Shown: positions 38,201 to 52,200 of the stretch, piece by piece
Layout: each line of letters starts with the position of its first letter
How positions within the stretch are numbered: the first letter of the stretch is position 1
Assembly: GCF_964355755.1 (NCBI RefSeq)
Contig: NC_092674.1
Location: 1,860,001 to 1,924,000 of the forward strand
Length of the DNA: 64,000 nt
Source: Antedon mediterranea
Lineage: Eukaryota; Animalia; Echinodermata
Direction of reading: 5' to 3'
The notes under the pieces: model-generated
Databases searched by the model: none
Told to the model about the DNA's origin: nothing
Seen by the model: the letters and a program-made list of their open reading frames with translations, nothing else
Position numbers and translations under genes: made by a program

Positions 38201-41200
38201 CTGATACAGGGGCTATTTTGTGAACCAGTTCAACGGGGTAACCCCCTACTCTTCTCGAAGGATACAATAAATGCACTATAAATATCTAAAAGATCGAAAT
38301 CCTTTATATCAATTCATCTAAAACATATAGGCCTAATTTACAAAAGTGCAAGATCCTAGAAAGTGTTTGTGATTAGAGACAACACAAAGAGAACACAAAC
38401 ATACAAAAAAGAAAACAAATTAAAGCTCAGGTACAGGCATGAATTTTAAATATAATATTTGGATAATTGTACATAAATCAAATATTTGTAACAGAAATCG
38501 AGACGAAAAAACATGTATTTCCTTTAATATGGTCAAATACAAAATTTGGCAAAATTCTTCCATAAAAACCAGGAAGACTTTTTTTCAGTAGTTAGGTAGT
38601 TAACCTAATGTAATAACATGACGGTGAAAAAAGATGGTGGATATACGGTGGATAATTTTTGCTATAGCATGAAAATAAAAATCTGAAGTTGAATAAAAAT
38701 ATCAGAAATGTAATATTCAAGTTATATTACCTATATTTAGTCATCTGATAACATTTTTTACCACACCATTTATTTTTCATAGCTTTTTAAAATGCCTCTC
38801 TATTTACAAAATTTGTGTACAAAAGAATAGAGATTTTACTGTGTAATTTGAACTATCCCCCCACTGATAAGAAAGGGCTTATTTTCAACAAGCTCGTGTA
38901 ACACAAATAAAATCCCAAAAATTATGAAACATAGGGGAAACTATAGATCGATAATTATTGGAATGTATGATCAATAGAAATGTTTTGCCCGCACCTGGCC
39001 TTTAAGATAAGAACAAGTCACACATGTCTGGTAATATTCTTGAAGCACCCGATTTTTCTTGCCTCTTTTTAGTTGCGTTCACATCAAGGCGGGATCCGGT
39101 CCGGCGCCCCGAGAAAAATATCGTGGAAAATGGGTTAAGTTGTAAAGCATAGGATTGTTCACACCAAATTCGTACAATTGAATTCGTACCTGATTCGGAC
39201 TCTGAATCGATCCAATGGATCAAGAATTTTGGTGAAATCGTACGATTTGTTTTTATTTTGACGAATCATCAGTGAGCATGAATGATGACCTTGCTTGACA
39301 AAATATGGATAACGGAATTCGTGCTCGAGGTGAAATCGCGCTCAACGGGTACTGTACGCGCGCGCACCGAGATTCGCATGCAATTTATAGAACTCAACTC
39401 TATAACCAGTGATAACAAAGATAGGAACAGTTCATGTCATTTCCGTCGCTCTCAATCTTATAGAATAAGATCCTCTAGCATACAGTCCTTGAATGCTTAT
39501 AACATGAGTTATTACCAGAGTTTAGCGACGATAATCGATATCGCACTTTTAATTAGGAAATTGCTCGATTCTAAAATTATATATCATCAAATGAATGAAA
39601 AACATCTCACTGTGATGTTTACCTAATTCGCAAAAATGACAGAAATACCGTTTATACTTTGCCGTCTTTCGCATTTTGCGTAATGAAGATTAAAAGGGGA
39701 ATTAAAGAACCTCTTACTCCGAACGTAAGATTTAAATTCATACTGTATTTAGTCAATTACACCTCGGCAAGCTTGAGACAATGCTATACTTTCCTTTTGC
39801 ATGCACGTGCGCGTACAAATTCTGATGTATACCCATAAACTGCATTCCCACTTGTTCTGTTTCTCAGAAGGAAAGAAAGTGTAGTTCAGTTATTTCAAGT
39901 TTCTTTTATTTATACCACGGTCGCAGCCGAAGCTGAATTACGTTGTATTTACATTAAAATGTATAAAACGATACAAATACAAAGGTAAAACAGATTTTAA
40001 TGACACAGGATGCATGGGTTATTGAAATAAAAACAGCTTATAATGTATTGCAAGTTATAAAAGAACAAATCATTCATTCAGCAGCGAGATAAGGAATAAC
40101 ATTGCACTTTTTCTGTATTTTTCAACTATTTATACGATTTCAATTATTTAACAAAACTACAAGTTTTTACGCATACGTCAACTGGTGTCTGACATAAAGC
40201 CACACCTATATTTGGGCACATCACATTTTTGTCAAACTAGTGCGATAGTGTAGACAGAGTTTCATAGACCTGTACACAGACTGATTGGAACAAACTGACT
40301 GAAAGAGATTTTGAAACACCCATGTGTCTCCTCTGTAAGCAAGGATAATGAACTTTACATTTATTGAATTTCATTGGTTTTAATTATACTAGTTTATAAT
40401 CCCTAGATATGTGGCATTCCTTTCTAAGCCTGTGAGGCTGTTTCCATAATTATAGACACTTCCAACAATCAATTCAAAGTCATCATTAAAATGTTTGTTG
40501 ACCTATTTATGCCCATCAGTTAACAGATTTCGGATCTATTTTCTTATAAATTCAAAATTGAGAAGCTGAAACTATTAAATGTAACAAATAACGATAGATT
40601 ATACTGAAAATAGTCAATCGTTGACACCAAATTGCCACATTTCCTCCGTGCCTATGTTTCGTTGCATAATTTTTGCCATCATTGCATATTTATCGACGGC
40701 TTTTTATCAAAACATACGTGAGAAATTTACTTAATACTAACTTTTTTTGACATAACGGAATTTATTTTAAAAAATCGTTTTATACATCAAGGTTAATCTA
40801 ACTTCTGGAAAAGTTACATTAACACTATATACAGTGCTATTGTACAGTAACACTACACAGTGCTATTGTAAAGTAACACTACACAGTGCTATTGTACAGT
40901 AACACTACACAGTGCTATTGTAAAATAACACTACACAGTGCTATTGTACAGTAACACTACACAGTGCTATTGTAAAATAACACTACACAGTGCTATTGTA
41001 CAGTAACACTACACAGTGCTATTGTACAGTAACACTACACAGTGCTATTGTAAAGTAACACTACACACTGCTGTTGTACAGTAATACTTACACAGTGCTA
41101 TTGTAAAATAACACTACACAGTGCTATTGTACAGTAACACTACACAGTGCTATTGTAAAATAACACTACACAGTGCTATTGTACAGTAACACTACACAGT

Positions 41201-44200
41201 GCTATTGTAAGGTAACACTACACACTGCTGTTGTACAGTAATACTACACAGTGCTATTGTAAAATAACACTACACAGTGCTATTGTACAGTAACACTACA
41301 CAGTGCTATTGTAAAATAACACTACACAGTGCTATTGTACAGTAACACTACACAGTGCTATTGTAAAGTAACACTACACACTGCTGTTGTACAGTAATAC
41401 TACACAGTGCTATTGTAAAGTAACACTACACATTACCATGGTACAGTAACACTACACAGTGCTATTGTACAGTAACACTACACAGTATTATTGTACATTA
41501 ACACTAAACACTGCTATTGTACAGTAACACTAAACAGTATTATTGTACATTAACACTAAACACTGATATTGTACAGTAACACTAAACAATGCTATTGTAT
41601 AGTACGGTAACACTATACATTACCATTGTACAGTAACACTACACAGTGCTATTGTAAAGTAACACTACACACTGCTGTTGTACAGTAATACTACACAGTG
41701 CTATTGTACAGTAACACAACACACTGCTATTGTAAAGTAACACTACACCGTGCTATTGTACAGAAATACAAAGGACGAGACCTATATACTAGGGGAAAGC
41801 AGGGAATCATGTTTGTGAAACAAATTACAATGGAAATAAATATTGCAGACTATTTGGAAATAACCGCCAATGTTCTTGTTGAACATGGCACATTAAGAAG
41901 AAGATGCGTATAAAAGAATTTAATTGGAAATTGATTTTTCTGTATTGTTTATTGTTGTTGGATTGGAATAAAGAAATAACAATAATTATTTGATCATTAT
42001 AAAATAGATGTTCTACTGCAGTCTGTATCATGGTAGTGTGTTAACCTATAAAGAGACACTTTATTTTGTTGCGTTGCTGAGAGAGATTTATCATAAGAAG
42101 TCTTAATCATTATATAAAAACAGTAGAAAAGAAGTAAGGATTAAATAATGCATTATTCATCCTATAGAAAGGAAATTTATTACGGCTCGAAATCTCAATT
42201 ACATTGATTATTATCATTTCCATCACTCGGGTATAATTAAAACTATTCGGATAAAAGCCATTCAATGTTGATTTAGCGAACCGTTAAATTATCCGATGCT
42301 GCCAGGCAATTAAACTCGATTGTCTTTTGTAGATGTTTGGTTAGCCGATATTAGTCAAGCTAATTTGGAGAATCTTATTTACTTTGATTTAATCTGATTT
42401 ATAAAAAAACGGAAACACGATTCTAGATTAGCAAAGGTGTTGGGGACACGTGACTTGAAAACGCTTTGTTAACCTGTAAGCGCAACGCAAGTAATTTGAC
42501 CAATCAGAAGGAATATTCAAACTGTCGCTAGCCATTGGTCAACTCGCTTGCGTTTCACAAATATCGTGCGATGACCAATCACAGTTCGACAGTGTTATCC
42601 ATCGCATCATGATTGGTGCGCTTCCACGTGTTTCCCTAGGACGGAACGCAGTGACATAGGCCTACGCGCCAGACATCGGATGGTCCGTCGTCGGTGATTG
42701 GCTGAACTGTTTCCTATGTTCCTCCTCTCTAAGTGGGATGGGGTGGGTGGGGGAGAAGGAAGTAAGCATTAAATACTTGGCGCGCTATAACTTTAAAACA
42801 TTCACCGATATCTTTTGGTATTTTTACTTTGTGATCGTGGTTAAAATAAATATAATTTTCAATGCATAGAAATAAGTAACACGAGGGAACCAGAAGAGGT
42901 GTGCTTGATTAGCCATATCTATTGAATAGATAGAGAAACGAATTAGAACCCAAGGGAGATAGGCTACGTGAGTATACACAACAAATAGTATTGGCTCTAT
43001 GCATGACAGTGCAATGAACCATCATCCCCTTACTCAGATCTATACCACTTCAGAAATATTATTTCTTGTGCTTGATAAATTGTGGAAAACCTTTTAACAA
43101 TTCCTCAAGCAAATGTCCAATATATTAATATACACACATTCAATCGTGTTATAGTGTTTGGTAACAAAGTACAGTACTTATTTAAGACAACGAACATGTC
43201 ACGTGTTATCAGTTTACGTGACAAATTGATAAGCATACTTTTTAGTTACTTACGCACTATAGAATAATTCATTTTTCAACTTCAGAATTTATACAATGAA
43301 TATATTATATCAATTTTAAAATAACATTATCAGGATAAAAATATATTAGTTTTTTAAGCGATGGAAATAATAGTGAGTAATGTAAATTGATAAGTAAACC
43401 AGTTATTTTTATTTAGCTTTTAAAAAAATATGTATATATCCGCTAAAACATGTGATTGATTGTCAATAAATGTGTAAGTTTATAGTTAATTAATTTGCTA
43501 TTTGTAATAACTTCGTTTGTTGCGATTGCTCGCATTATTCATTTCATCAGTGACGACATTATAGGCCTACAATGTTTTACCGCGCAGTATAATATTAAAC
43601 TTTTGACATGTATTTGAAATAATATTTATTATTTGCCTTGATTAAACTACCGAGAAAAATAAATTATGGAGGACTGAGATTTTTCTATACAGCTAAAAAT
43701 TAACATATCAAATAGTTGATTTTAACGAGACGAAATCTAAAATTATTATATGCATATATCAATTAAATTAAGGTAATCACTGTATTTATTGCGTACCATT
43801 ACATTCATATTCAATCACGTAGACACGAAGGTACGATTTTCATCATGATGATCCAGTTATTACACTAGTTGCATAAATTGTCTTTGTTTATTATTATAAG
43901 GTGATAAAATCCCATTAGGCCTATATCATTGCATACACATTAATAATAAGGAAAAAGTCAGTAAACAAGAATTACGTGACGTCAGTGTCTGTTTCCAGTG
44001 ACGATTGTGGCATAATTTGAAATCATTGTATATTTATAAAATGAAGAAAGAAAACAAAGATTACTTTACAAACTAGCTAGTACGCGTGTGTACCTCGCGT
44101 GTACCCCGCGTGTACAACGCGTATACCCAGCGTATACCTTGCGTATACCCCGCGTATACCCTGCATGTACCCCGCGAATACACAAAGTGTACCCCGCGTA

Positions 44201-45215
44201 TACCCCGCGTGACCCACGAATATTACACGCGCGGGTCAATCTCTATAATAAAATTTACAAAAAGTGTTTTATTCTCAAAATGAACCAGCAATCTTCAAAC
44301 TAGAATTAAAAAAACGATTGCAAGCAGAAATGTTATACGTCATTAAACACAGTATAATATTCAATTATATTTGCCAAATAATTCATAATGTTTAAAGATT
44401 CAAAATATTAAAATGGAATTAAAGCTATTAAGGTTATTTGCATGGTATTAATTACTAATGAATGTATCCAATTAACATCATCAAAGTTTATGCATGACTA
44501 TAAGAGGTCATTCCTGTTATTCAGATTTAAACCTATGACATAAAAAAAAGAATAAAAAGATAATTGAATTGTTAAATACTACCACGAAACAAAAGTTGAA
44601 ATGTTGGTAAAAGGTAGTATGATGTTGTTAATACTAGCAGCATTATTTTTACAAAACAAAAATATACAGTACAAAAAAAGGAAATCGAAGGAAAACGTGG
44701 TACAAATAGTCTGATTACATTATCTATCGAATGGGTTGGTAATCAAATATAGAAAAAAAATAAAGAAAAGTATTAATAATAGTAATAGTATAACATAAAT
44801 CTCTTGAGAACAAATTATATTTATTTTCTTTGTGCAGAAATAAGAAAAATAAACTATACTACATTATTAATATAATAAATTAAATAATGATAAATGTAAA
44901 AGATTGATATTAATGCGAATCTCGGTGCCGTTTTCGGTAATCTTTACAATTGTCTAAATCAAAGTATGTAACTTATTGTTACTGTACCGTAATACAGCGT
45001 CACCTATATTCGAGGCCTGCCATAAGCCTAACCTAATACTGTATAGGCGCGATATAATTATGTGACACTGTACTCAGAATTTGTCTGGGAAACTGAACAT
45101 GTATTATGTAGTATAAAGATAATCGGGTGCATGTCTTACCTTGTATAGTTGAACATAGTAAAAAGCATGTACAAATAATATACCATGTTGAGTTAGGCGG
45201 CGGCGAACCAGCCAT
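28755..45215 (-). CDS. CHRNA9/10-like: Nicotinic acetylcholine receptor alpha subunit, alpha9/alpha10-like, 8 coding exons, 479 aa
   Basis: Exons 45140-45215, 35796-35941, 34596-34640, 32174-32283, 31362-31506, 30833-30944, 29841-30125, 28755-29275. All introns are GT-AG with consistent phases and the total is 1440 nt. Signal peptide, LVRPV, WLPDTILYN, Cys-loop CSVDVYLYPFDKQVC, GSW, vicinal CC, M2 [27 protein letters not shown] (cation-type GEK), M4 WQLVASVLDRLFLW. Confidence 0.95.
29841..30125 (-). CDS. nAChR exon 7 (loop C, M1, M2)
   Basis: IAHKKELETFSCCPDKTYASVTFRLEIKRRPLFYFLNLVVPC...ENMPASGSDIPIL. Confidence 0.95.
30833..30944 (-). CDS. nAChR exon 6 (loops B and F)
   Basis: VCRLKFGSWQHDTKYIDYFDDTADASNYNHNGEWDTL. 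Confidence 0.93.
31362..31506 (-). CDS. nAChR exon 5 (loop E, first part of Cys-loop)
   Basis: RDESSNEPFMTVTTNVIVTENGSVDWSAPLTIKSHCSVDVYLYPFDKQ; gtgag donor. Confidence 0.93.
31840..32020. mobile_element. MITE family C
   Basis: Shared core tagaatctgtatctatcctgagcg and end gaattggcctt; other copies at ~1205-1374 and ~6948-7098. Confidence 0.72.
32174..32283 (-). CDS. nAChR exon 4 (110 nt, loop A)
   Basis: RWKDEYLVWNSSDYQGLDVIRVPASKVWLPDTILYNT; typical 110-nt exon. Confidence 0.94.
33950..34495. repeat. Degenerate ~17-bp minisatellite in nAChR intron 3
   Basis: gagtgcgtacatagtgt variants. Confidence 0.93.
34596..34640 (-). CDS. nAChR exon 3 (45 nt, loop D)
   Basis: NEKYQYLSMMVWLTQ; the 45-nt exon typical of nAChR genes; not in the ORF track. 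Confidence 0.92.
35114..35469. repeat. Low-complexity 18-bp repeat in nAChR intron 2
   Basis: gtgatgatggtgatcatt variants. Confidence 0.92.
35796..35941 (-). CDS. nAChR exon 2
   Basis: TLGSRQQKDLLYDLFEKSSYNKLVRPVKNETDNITVSVELYLSQINNV; tttag acceptor, gtaag donor. Confidence 0.93.
40820..41763. repeat. Minisatellite, 26 bp x~36, in nAChR intron 1
   Basis: Unit taacactacacagtgctattgtacag with alternating variants. Confidence 0.96.
44081..44232. repeat. Degenerate 11-bp repeat
   Basis: gcgtgtacccc / gcgtatacccc. Confidence 0.85.
45140..45215 (-). CDS. nAChR exon 1 (signal peptide MAGSPPPNSTWYIICTCFLLCSTIQG)
   Basis: ATG in ACCATGG context, hydrophobic stretch, G|gtaag phase-1 donor matching exon 2; 9.2-kb first intron. 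Confidence 0.8.
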
Positions 45216-47459
45216 GGTAACACACTTATTCCTCGCGTCGCGTTGTGTCCCCGAGAGAGAAATGCACACAGTCCGACAACTTCAACAGTAGTGGGGGCTC
45301 AGAGTGGTTTTAATGCTTGACCATTAGTGTCATGGTTTAGTAACACCATAGAGCATTTCAGTTAAATATGAACTGTGAATCTAAGTTAAAGTTGGACAAT
45401 CACTGATGCGCCAATCCTATCATTTTTGCACATACACACTGAACGCTCCATTAGATGCGCACAAGTCTCTAAAAGCATACTTTGATCATGATACAAGCGA
45501 TGATACCATTCGCCACAGATATGTTGTGCTGTCAATCATATCATTTTGGGCGTGGCAAACCTGACGTGTTGATTATGCTAATTAGTTTACATAAGGGAAT
45601 CGACAGAAGAGGAATTTATGCTTATAAATACTATGACGATGGTTGTATGAAATAGATGAATTATTCTATATTTACCGTGTCGTCGTCGTCGGAGTATTGA
45701 ATAATAATAACCTCTTTCATCAATGTCAATTTTATCAGCCGCCGCATTCTCATTCTATACCAACACATTATATAAATCGAATCATATAAGACATACCTAC
45801 CTATGTACAACTACTGTTATTTTGTACACAATGTTTTAATTGAATACTACAGTTATATTTTCTCTGGTTTGTTTTTTGTCAGTCTACATTCACGATTATG
45901 TGACGATTAAACTAAAGCTCTGTCCAGTTTGACTCAAGCGAATTTGATATATCCAAATATGGGCACGATGATGTCATATCACTATCATATTTGGGCACAT
46001 CACACATATTTGTCAGATCTGAAGAACTAAACTCAGGCCGGGGTTAGCAGGGTGATTTGACAATGCGAAGATAGAACATTAGATTTAGGTAAGTCAGGGA
46101 AGAGTAATATAACTCTTCCCTGGTTAAGTTAAGCCCCTGTACGCACTCGGTTAAAAATCCTTGATCCATCATTGCTACATTGTTAGTTTCTAGAAGATAT
46201 CCTAATATCTTCACATAAAAAAAGGAAAGACAGATCACATTGTTTGTTTTTCCTTTGGCTATTATTTGCGAAATTACTTCCTAAATATTAAAAACTTTGC
46301 CACTTTGTAAACCTTGGATGTCTTTCTCTATCGATCAATTTAAAAATAAAACAACATAAATAAACAAGATATTTCACCAAATGAAAGATGGGTTTGTGTC
46401 GAGGGAGTTCCGGCATGGTCCCGCCAAGGGGCGCGTTTATACGATTCTGTATAGACCTATAACTGAAATATGTTATTAGTTATTATATAAGCATATCGAT
46501 ATGGTGCTTATTTATTACAGTGAAATAACAAATGGTGAATGATAATTGCTAATGTTATATACAGTATATTTCGACGGGGGCAGCGTTTCACGCATTAGTT
46601 GCAATATTAATACCATAATCTACTTATGTAAGGCTTTAGTTCTTTTGTTCTAGACTCTGTTGACACAAAATATTATATTCTGTAAAAGATGTTTATATAT
46701 ACTTATTTTTTTATTTATACTTAAGGCTCGTTTCTTAAACCTTTTGTACCCAAAAGCAACGAATGAAGTGCTTATTCAATTAAAAATAGTATTACATGTG
46801 AAAGAATTTCTTTAAAATTTAACAGGATCCGAAAAATTGAACAAATAAATTGATACTTGATACTTACTTGCATTCAATTAAACACTGCACAAACTCTTCA
46901 GTCGCAAAACATATTTTCTGATTAAAAGATTTGTTTTCAATATTTTGGATTTTATAAAGAAAAACTATAATTTAATGTGATTTTTCTATATTTGTTTTTA
47001 CTGTTTCACGTTTTGCTTTCTAAAGCTCTGTCTACACTATCAAACTTTATGTGACAAAAAATGTGATGTGCCCATATATGGACATGATGATGTCATATCA
47101 CTACCCTATGTAGGCATTATCACTACCATACTGGGTACATCACACTCTTTTTGTCAAACAAGTTTGATAGTGTAGACAGAACATTAGATCTTATACGGCT
47201 TTGGCATAACGCAATGAGTATACTGGAATGCACTTTAATATTGAGGGCAACCTTTTCATAAGGTTACTACACTATGATATGACGTTGTTAAACTCGAATT
47301 GTTTATCCTAGAAACATAATTTAATATCTCATTTTACAAATCAAATGTGATTGACGAATAAAACCACAAACCATGCAATAACTTTATTTCATTACAAGTA
47401 CGTAAATGGTATTTTGTCGTAATGTGTTTGTTGTTATTGGACACCTATTAATTTAATTT

Positions 47460-47470
47460 AATATATATAC

Positions 47471-47513
<43 letters not shown>
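47460..47513. repeat. (TA)n microsatellite
   Basis: Seen directly. Confidence 0.95.
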
Positions 47514-47514
<1 letters not shown>

Positions 47515-47865
47515 ATTGATTCCTTGAATGTTCCTATTTCTTTTATTAATTACTTACCTTTTAAGTGTTTTTAAACTTAAGAACCAGGTCGACGTGAAGT
47601 AAAATTAAGCATCATTAAGATCCCGCCATGTGTCGCCGCCATTAACTTAAGATTAAAACCTGCATTGCATCTAAAGGCAATACTTAAATTGTCCTAGGAG
47701 TTTAAAGTACTATTCACATTGGATAGCTAGCCTAATACATTTCTCTTTTATAGTTTGAAATTCTTCCTTTCTGTACAGTCGTATTAACTTTTCCAGTTTA
47801 ATTTTCATCTATCCAATATTGGTCACTTCCATTTTTGTTCAATGCGGATCAATTTTGAATCCTTA

Positions 47866-48015
47866 AGCTCTGTCCACGCGAACTTTATGTGACAAAAATG
47901 TGATGTGCCCATATGGACATGACGTCATATCACTACCATATTTGAGCATATCATTTACCATATTTGGGCACGTCACACTTTTTTGTCAAACTAGTTTGAT
48001 AGTGTAGACAGAGCT
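47866..48015. mobile_element. MITE family A (TIR AGCTCTGTCTACACTATCAAACT), Harbinger/Tourist-type; representative copy
   Basis: TTA TSD. About 19 full or partial copies, at ~1134, 4906, 6010, 6715, 11986, 19567, 24298, 30604, 32950, 40200, 45916, 47024, 47866, 48536, 54013, 54468, 54967, 55878, 63967. Confidence 0.88.
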
Positions 48016-49084
48016 TTATATGTACTCAAACTACTTTATGCAATTCCTCCTCAAAGGATATCAACAAAACACAGTTCAATCATATCATTCACCATCCCAA
48101 ATAAAACTACACATTAAAATTCCACGACGTCGTATTAAACCCGAATAAATTCAGTACATAATTTTTAACGGAACACGTTCTGTGATTCACCTTTCCACGA
48201 ATCTATTTTTAGTGCGAAGGCTGAAAGAATTGCGACTTAAAATACACATTAAATGATCAATAATTAGAAAAATACGCATAGTGTATATTTCCAGAGACGA
48301 AGACGGGCATAAACTGATAAATTAAAATTGTAAAATTTACATTTGGATGATAAAACATGAATTGCATTATGCTGAGCGAACACGCAGAATGGCAAGTAGT
48401 TTGAGAAAAACAGAAATTCAACAGCCATCATGCTCCAACAAAGTGGGGTGCATTTTTCGGAACTCATTATTATTGTTGTGTATTTTAGAATTGTCATTTT
48501 TTCCTGTCCTAAAATATCTTCATTGATGAAATGAACACTATCAAACTAGTTTATGGACATGATGATGTCATACAACTACCATATTTGGGCACACTTTTTT
48601 TCAAACTAGTGTAGACTGAGCTTAAGATGATAAAAAGAAAACAAACACAAAGTTACAGACGTGTTAACAGTATATTTATTTTACAATACAATAAGAATCT
48701 CTACAAAATTATTTCATATATTTACAAACTATTAGTTTTTATAGAATTTGAAATAAAGTTGACCAACCAGTGATCTTATTGAAACCCGTATTTTAAGTTC
48801 ACACACTAAACAAACCAAACAAAAGATAAGATATTTTTAAACGTTGCCAATTGTTTTACAGTTATGATTGATGACATTCAAAAATTAAACCGTTCAACAA
48901 ACTCGTACAAACTACTTTGTTCCAATTGATTTTTTGTTCAGAAATTTTTTTGGTATAAATTAATTAGAAAAAATAATTGACGACGTCAACAAAACCGTAA
49001 TACATGAAAGACAATTATTCATATTTCGGTGGTTTATTATTACATCTTATTATTCCTAAAATAAATATGTTTCTTTGGTTTCTG

Positions 49085-49291
49085 TTAGCAATCGTAATCA
49101 CATACAAGTTCTTGAACGAAAGCGTATATCATAAATAATATATACATTAATACGAAACTTATTCCAACAAATTTGTTGAGTCTGAATCGAACTCCAAAAA
49201 ATACTATCAGTGTCATAAACAGAATCAACAGTAAAGCGAATCCAAACTTGGCGTGAGGAGTGATAAGTATCTCGCCATTCTGTAGCATAAC
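49085..49291 (-). CDS. NCKX last coding exon
   Basis: [18 protein letters not shown]...[18 protein letters not shown]...CDYDC*. Confidence 0.93.
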   Translation of the reverse strand, partial: VMLQNGEILITPHAKFGFALLLILFMTLIVFFGVRFRLNKFVGISFVLMYILFMIYAFVQELVCDYDC

Positions 49292-52200
49292 CTACAAAAG
49301 AAATACAACGTGTTTAGAAATTACAAGAACATAAAAGCAAATCAAACAGTTATTTACGGTAGCTATTACTGAAAGTTGATTGCATAATATTACAGATGTA
49401 TTGTCCCCCAAAAACATGAAAAATGAAGATTACTAAAATCAGTTTTGCAGTTTTAATAAAGTTATTCACTTCTGTAGAAAAAACCCCTAATACTTATTTG
49501 ACTTATAAAAAGACAAAAGAAACGGTTAATTTTAACCAAAAACCATTGTCTGACAGACAATTTGCGCCTTGAGCACTCTTGAGTGGTATGTGCGCTATAA
49601 AAATCCTGTTATTATTATTATTAATTTAATTTTTTTTTCTTTAAATTAGGCCTACATTTTTTCAGGTAAATATTTTTTTTTCAATCCAATTTTTGGTCAA
49701 AGTGAATAATTAAAATTTCATATTCAACACAAAATTTGTAAAAAAAATTGTAGGAAGCAAATATATCTTTAAGTAAACTATTGACTGTATACCATTACCA
49801 GACATTACCTCACATTGAAACCCTAAGATATTGCTTTATTATATATTTGTATTTATTTATTTATATTATATGTAAATCAACCAACCGAAGTTCATTTGTA
49901 CCATACTATCGTATGGCTTGGGTAGGTGATTGAGTGAATACAGTGACACTAGCCTGATTGTTATAGACTTTATTTTAAAGATAGTCGTACCATTTCAGCA
50001 TCGCTGATGAGCTGCATTGGTCCTTGGTCGATAAGTATTTTGATGAGGAACGGTAGTCCAAGTCCTAGATTAATGTCAAACACGTTTGATCCTATTGCGT
50101 TCGAGACAGCCATGTCAGCAAACCCATCGCGCGCCACAAGGATTGAACTAAGAGCGTCCTGCAAAGACAAACAATATGAAGTGTTTTCATAAGGTTTATC
50201 GCAAATAGCGTGCGCGACGCATGGCGGGAAGGGTTTGGAAGCAAACGTCACGACGCGTACGTACAAACAGCAAATCATGTACGTACGCGTTGTGACGTTT
50301 GCTCCAAAACTCTTCCCATCATGTGATTGTGCAATGATGTTCCTCGCGAAATCAAGGTATTTGCGATGAACATTTATTACAAGTTAGTATATACCTTTAA
50401 CCTTATTATTTACATAAACATTTGGTAATTGATAAAGGGTTTGTCTGTAACTATAGTACAGTATTAGTATCTGATTTTGATAACTCACGGGTACACTTGT
50501 ACCCACTGCGACCACAACTAGACCCATTGTATAGTGATCAACCTCCAGAATACAGCCAGTCTTCGCAACCAACGTCACCATCCCAAAACTCAGAATAGCA
50601 ATCCAAAGAATTGACATGAGGAATGACACGAGGTACCATTTGCTACGGAGAATAAAATACGTAAACTCAGACGACCAATCAAGAGCTTCAATTGCAATTA
50701 CGTCATCACAACGCAACAGCAATGCTAATCATTTTTTAAAGATTAGTTCCCAGTTGGCGTCTTGGACGCAAGGCAATGACGTAAGCGCGTCGCAAATAAT
50801 TTGACCAATCACGACGCTATGGGTAATCTGAACGGACGCTTATGTGATTGGTTTATAGCTCACTACTTGTGTTGTGCCTACGTCGTTGCACCAAGTGGGA
50901 ACAGAACCTTATGTGGCCTACGAGCATCCCACTGTTTTTATTAGCAGCTTTAAAAAGCGAGTTTTCAAATCCAGCAATGCAAAGTCATCTTAAAAATCGA
51001 TCTTCTTTAATTGGTCAATTTGTGATTACAAGATAATTAATTACCGGGACTCCTTAACGAAATTTATTTTTGATTGGAAATCATCTCCAATTGACAACTA
51101 TCTAATTGGAGTAGTTCTCCTGTGTATCTATAAATCTCTCTTGATCGGAAAAAGAAATTAAGAAAATTATCATGAACTTGAGATTCAAACTATTATTTTT
51201 TCTAATTCTTACCGATTGTGTTCTTCATTGCAAGGTGGTATAGTCCAAGAGAAGAGACACATGAAAGGGAAGCTAACAATGAACATTAACCATTTCAAAG
51301 CATAGAACATGTTACCGCACGTCTCCTTCCTGACGTTAGTGTCTGGATAATACATGTTGATAGACGGAAGACACGGCAATGGTTTTAACGTAGGTTCTTC
51401 GTCCTGAACACAAAACAAAACTTCTTTGTAACAAAAACCTTTACAAACTAATTGAAATTCAATATAAAAAATCGTACGGAGTTTATAAAGTCTAATTTAA
51501 GTTTGTTTTCAGTGTGCTATATCTCCACATGCTATCTATTTCCGAAGTATCATAGGAATATTTGGTAATACAGCATCTCATGTATATCACATGTCGTGCC
51601 TGTATCATGTAAAGTTCGGTTAAGGGTTAGGTTACTAAGTAAGGTGCACGTGTGATGTTGTATTACCAAATGTTCCTATGATACTTTGGAAATAGATACA
51701 GTACCGAGAATCGGCTGGTTCTTAACTACTACTAGAATAGCTAACGAAAAAGCACTATTGTACCTCTTTCTTGCTGTCCGCTGACGCATCTTCTGCTGGC
51801 GTCGCCTCTTGTGCCATTGGTAACACGTGTGCCGTCGGTACAAGAGAGTGCCTTTTTGTCTTAAGATCGGAATTATCAGAAGGATCAGAAGAAAGATCAT
51901 CTATATAAGGATTGGGAGACGGACCTTGTGCACTGTGAATACCCGAGTCTGCATCCCCCAGACAACAACCCTGCTGCTGCTGTACGTTTAAGCGGCTTTG
52001 GCTGCCATAACCTTGCCGACTTAACCCACCGATACTTTCAAGTTCGACGGCCGCGTCGATATCAGTATCTTCCTTATCTGGACTACTACTCGTTATTATC
52101 ACTGTACCGTTAGTGTGCGCATGCGTTTCTACTTTGACCAAAGACAATTCGGTCTTTTCTAAACATTTCTTTAGGTCAATTTGTGATGAGGTCTATTGTG

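Noticed and set aside
39002-39860. CpG-richer block with short ORFs in nAChR intron 1
   Set aside because: It looks like a degenerate repeat (shares words with ~33240 and ~44915); I could not define its ends or any protein similarity.
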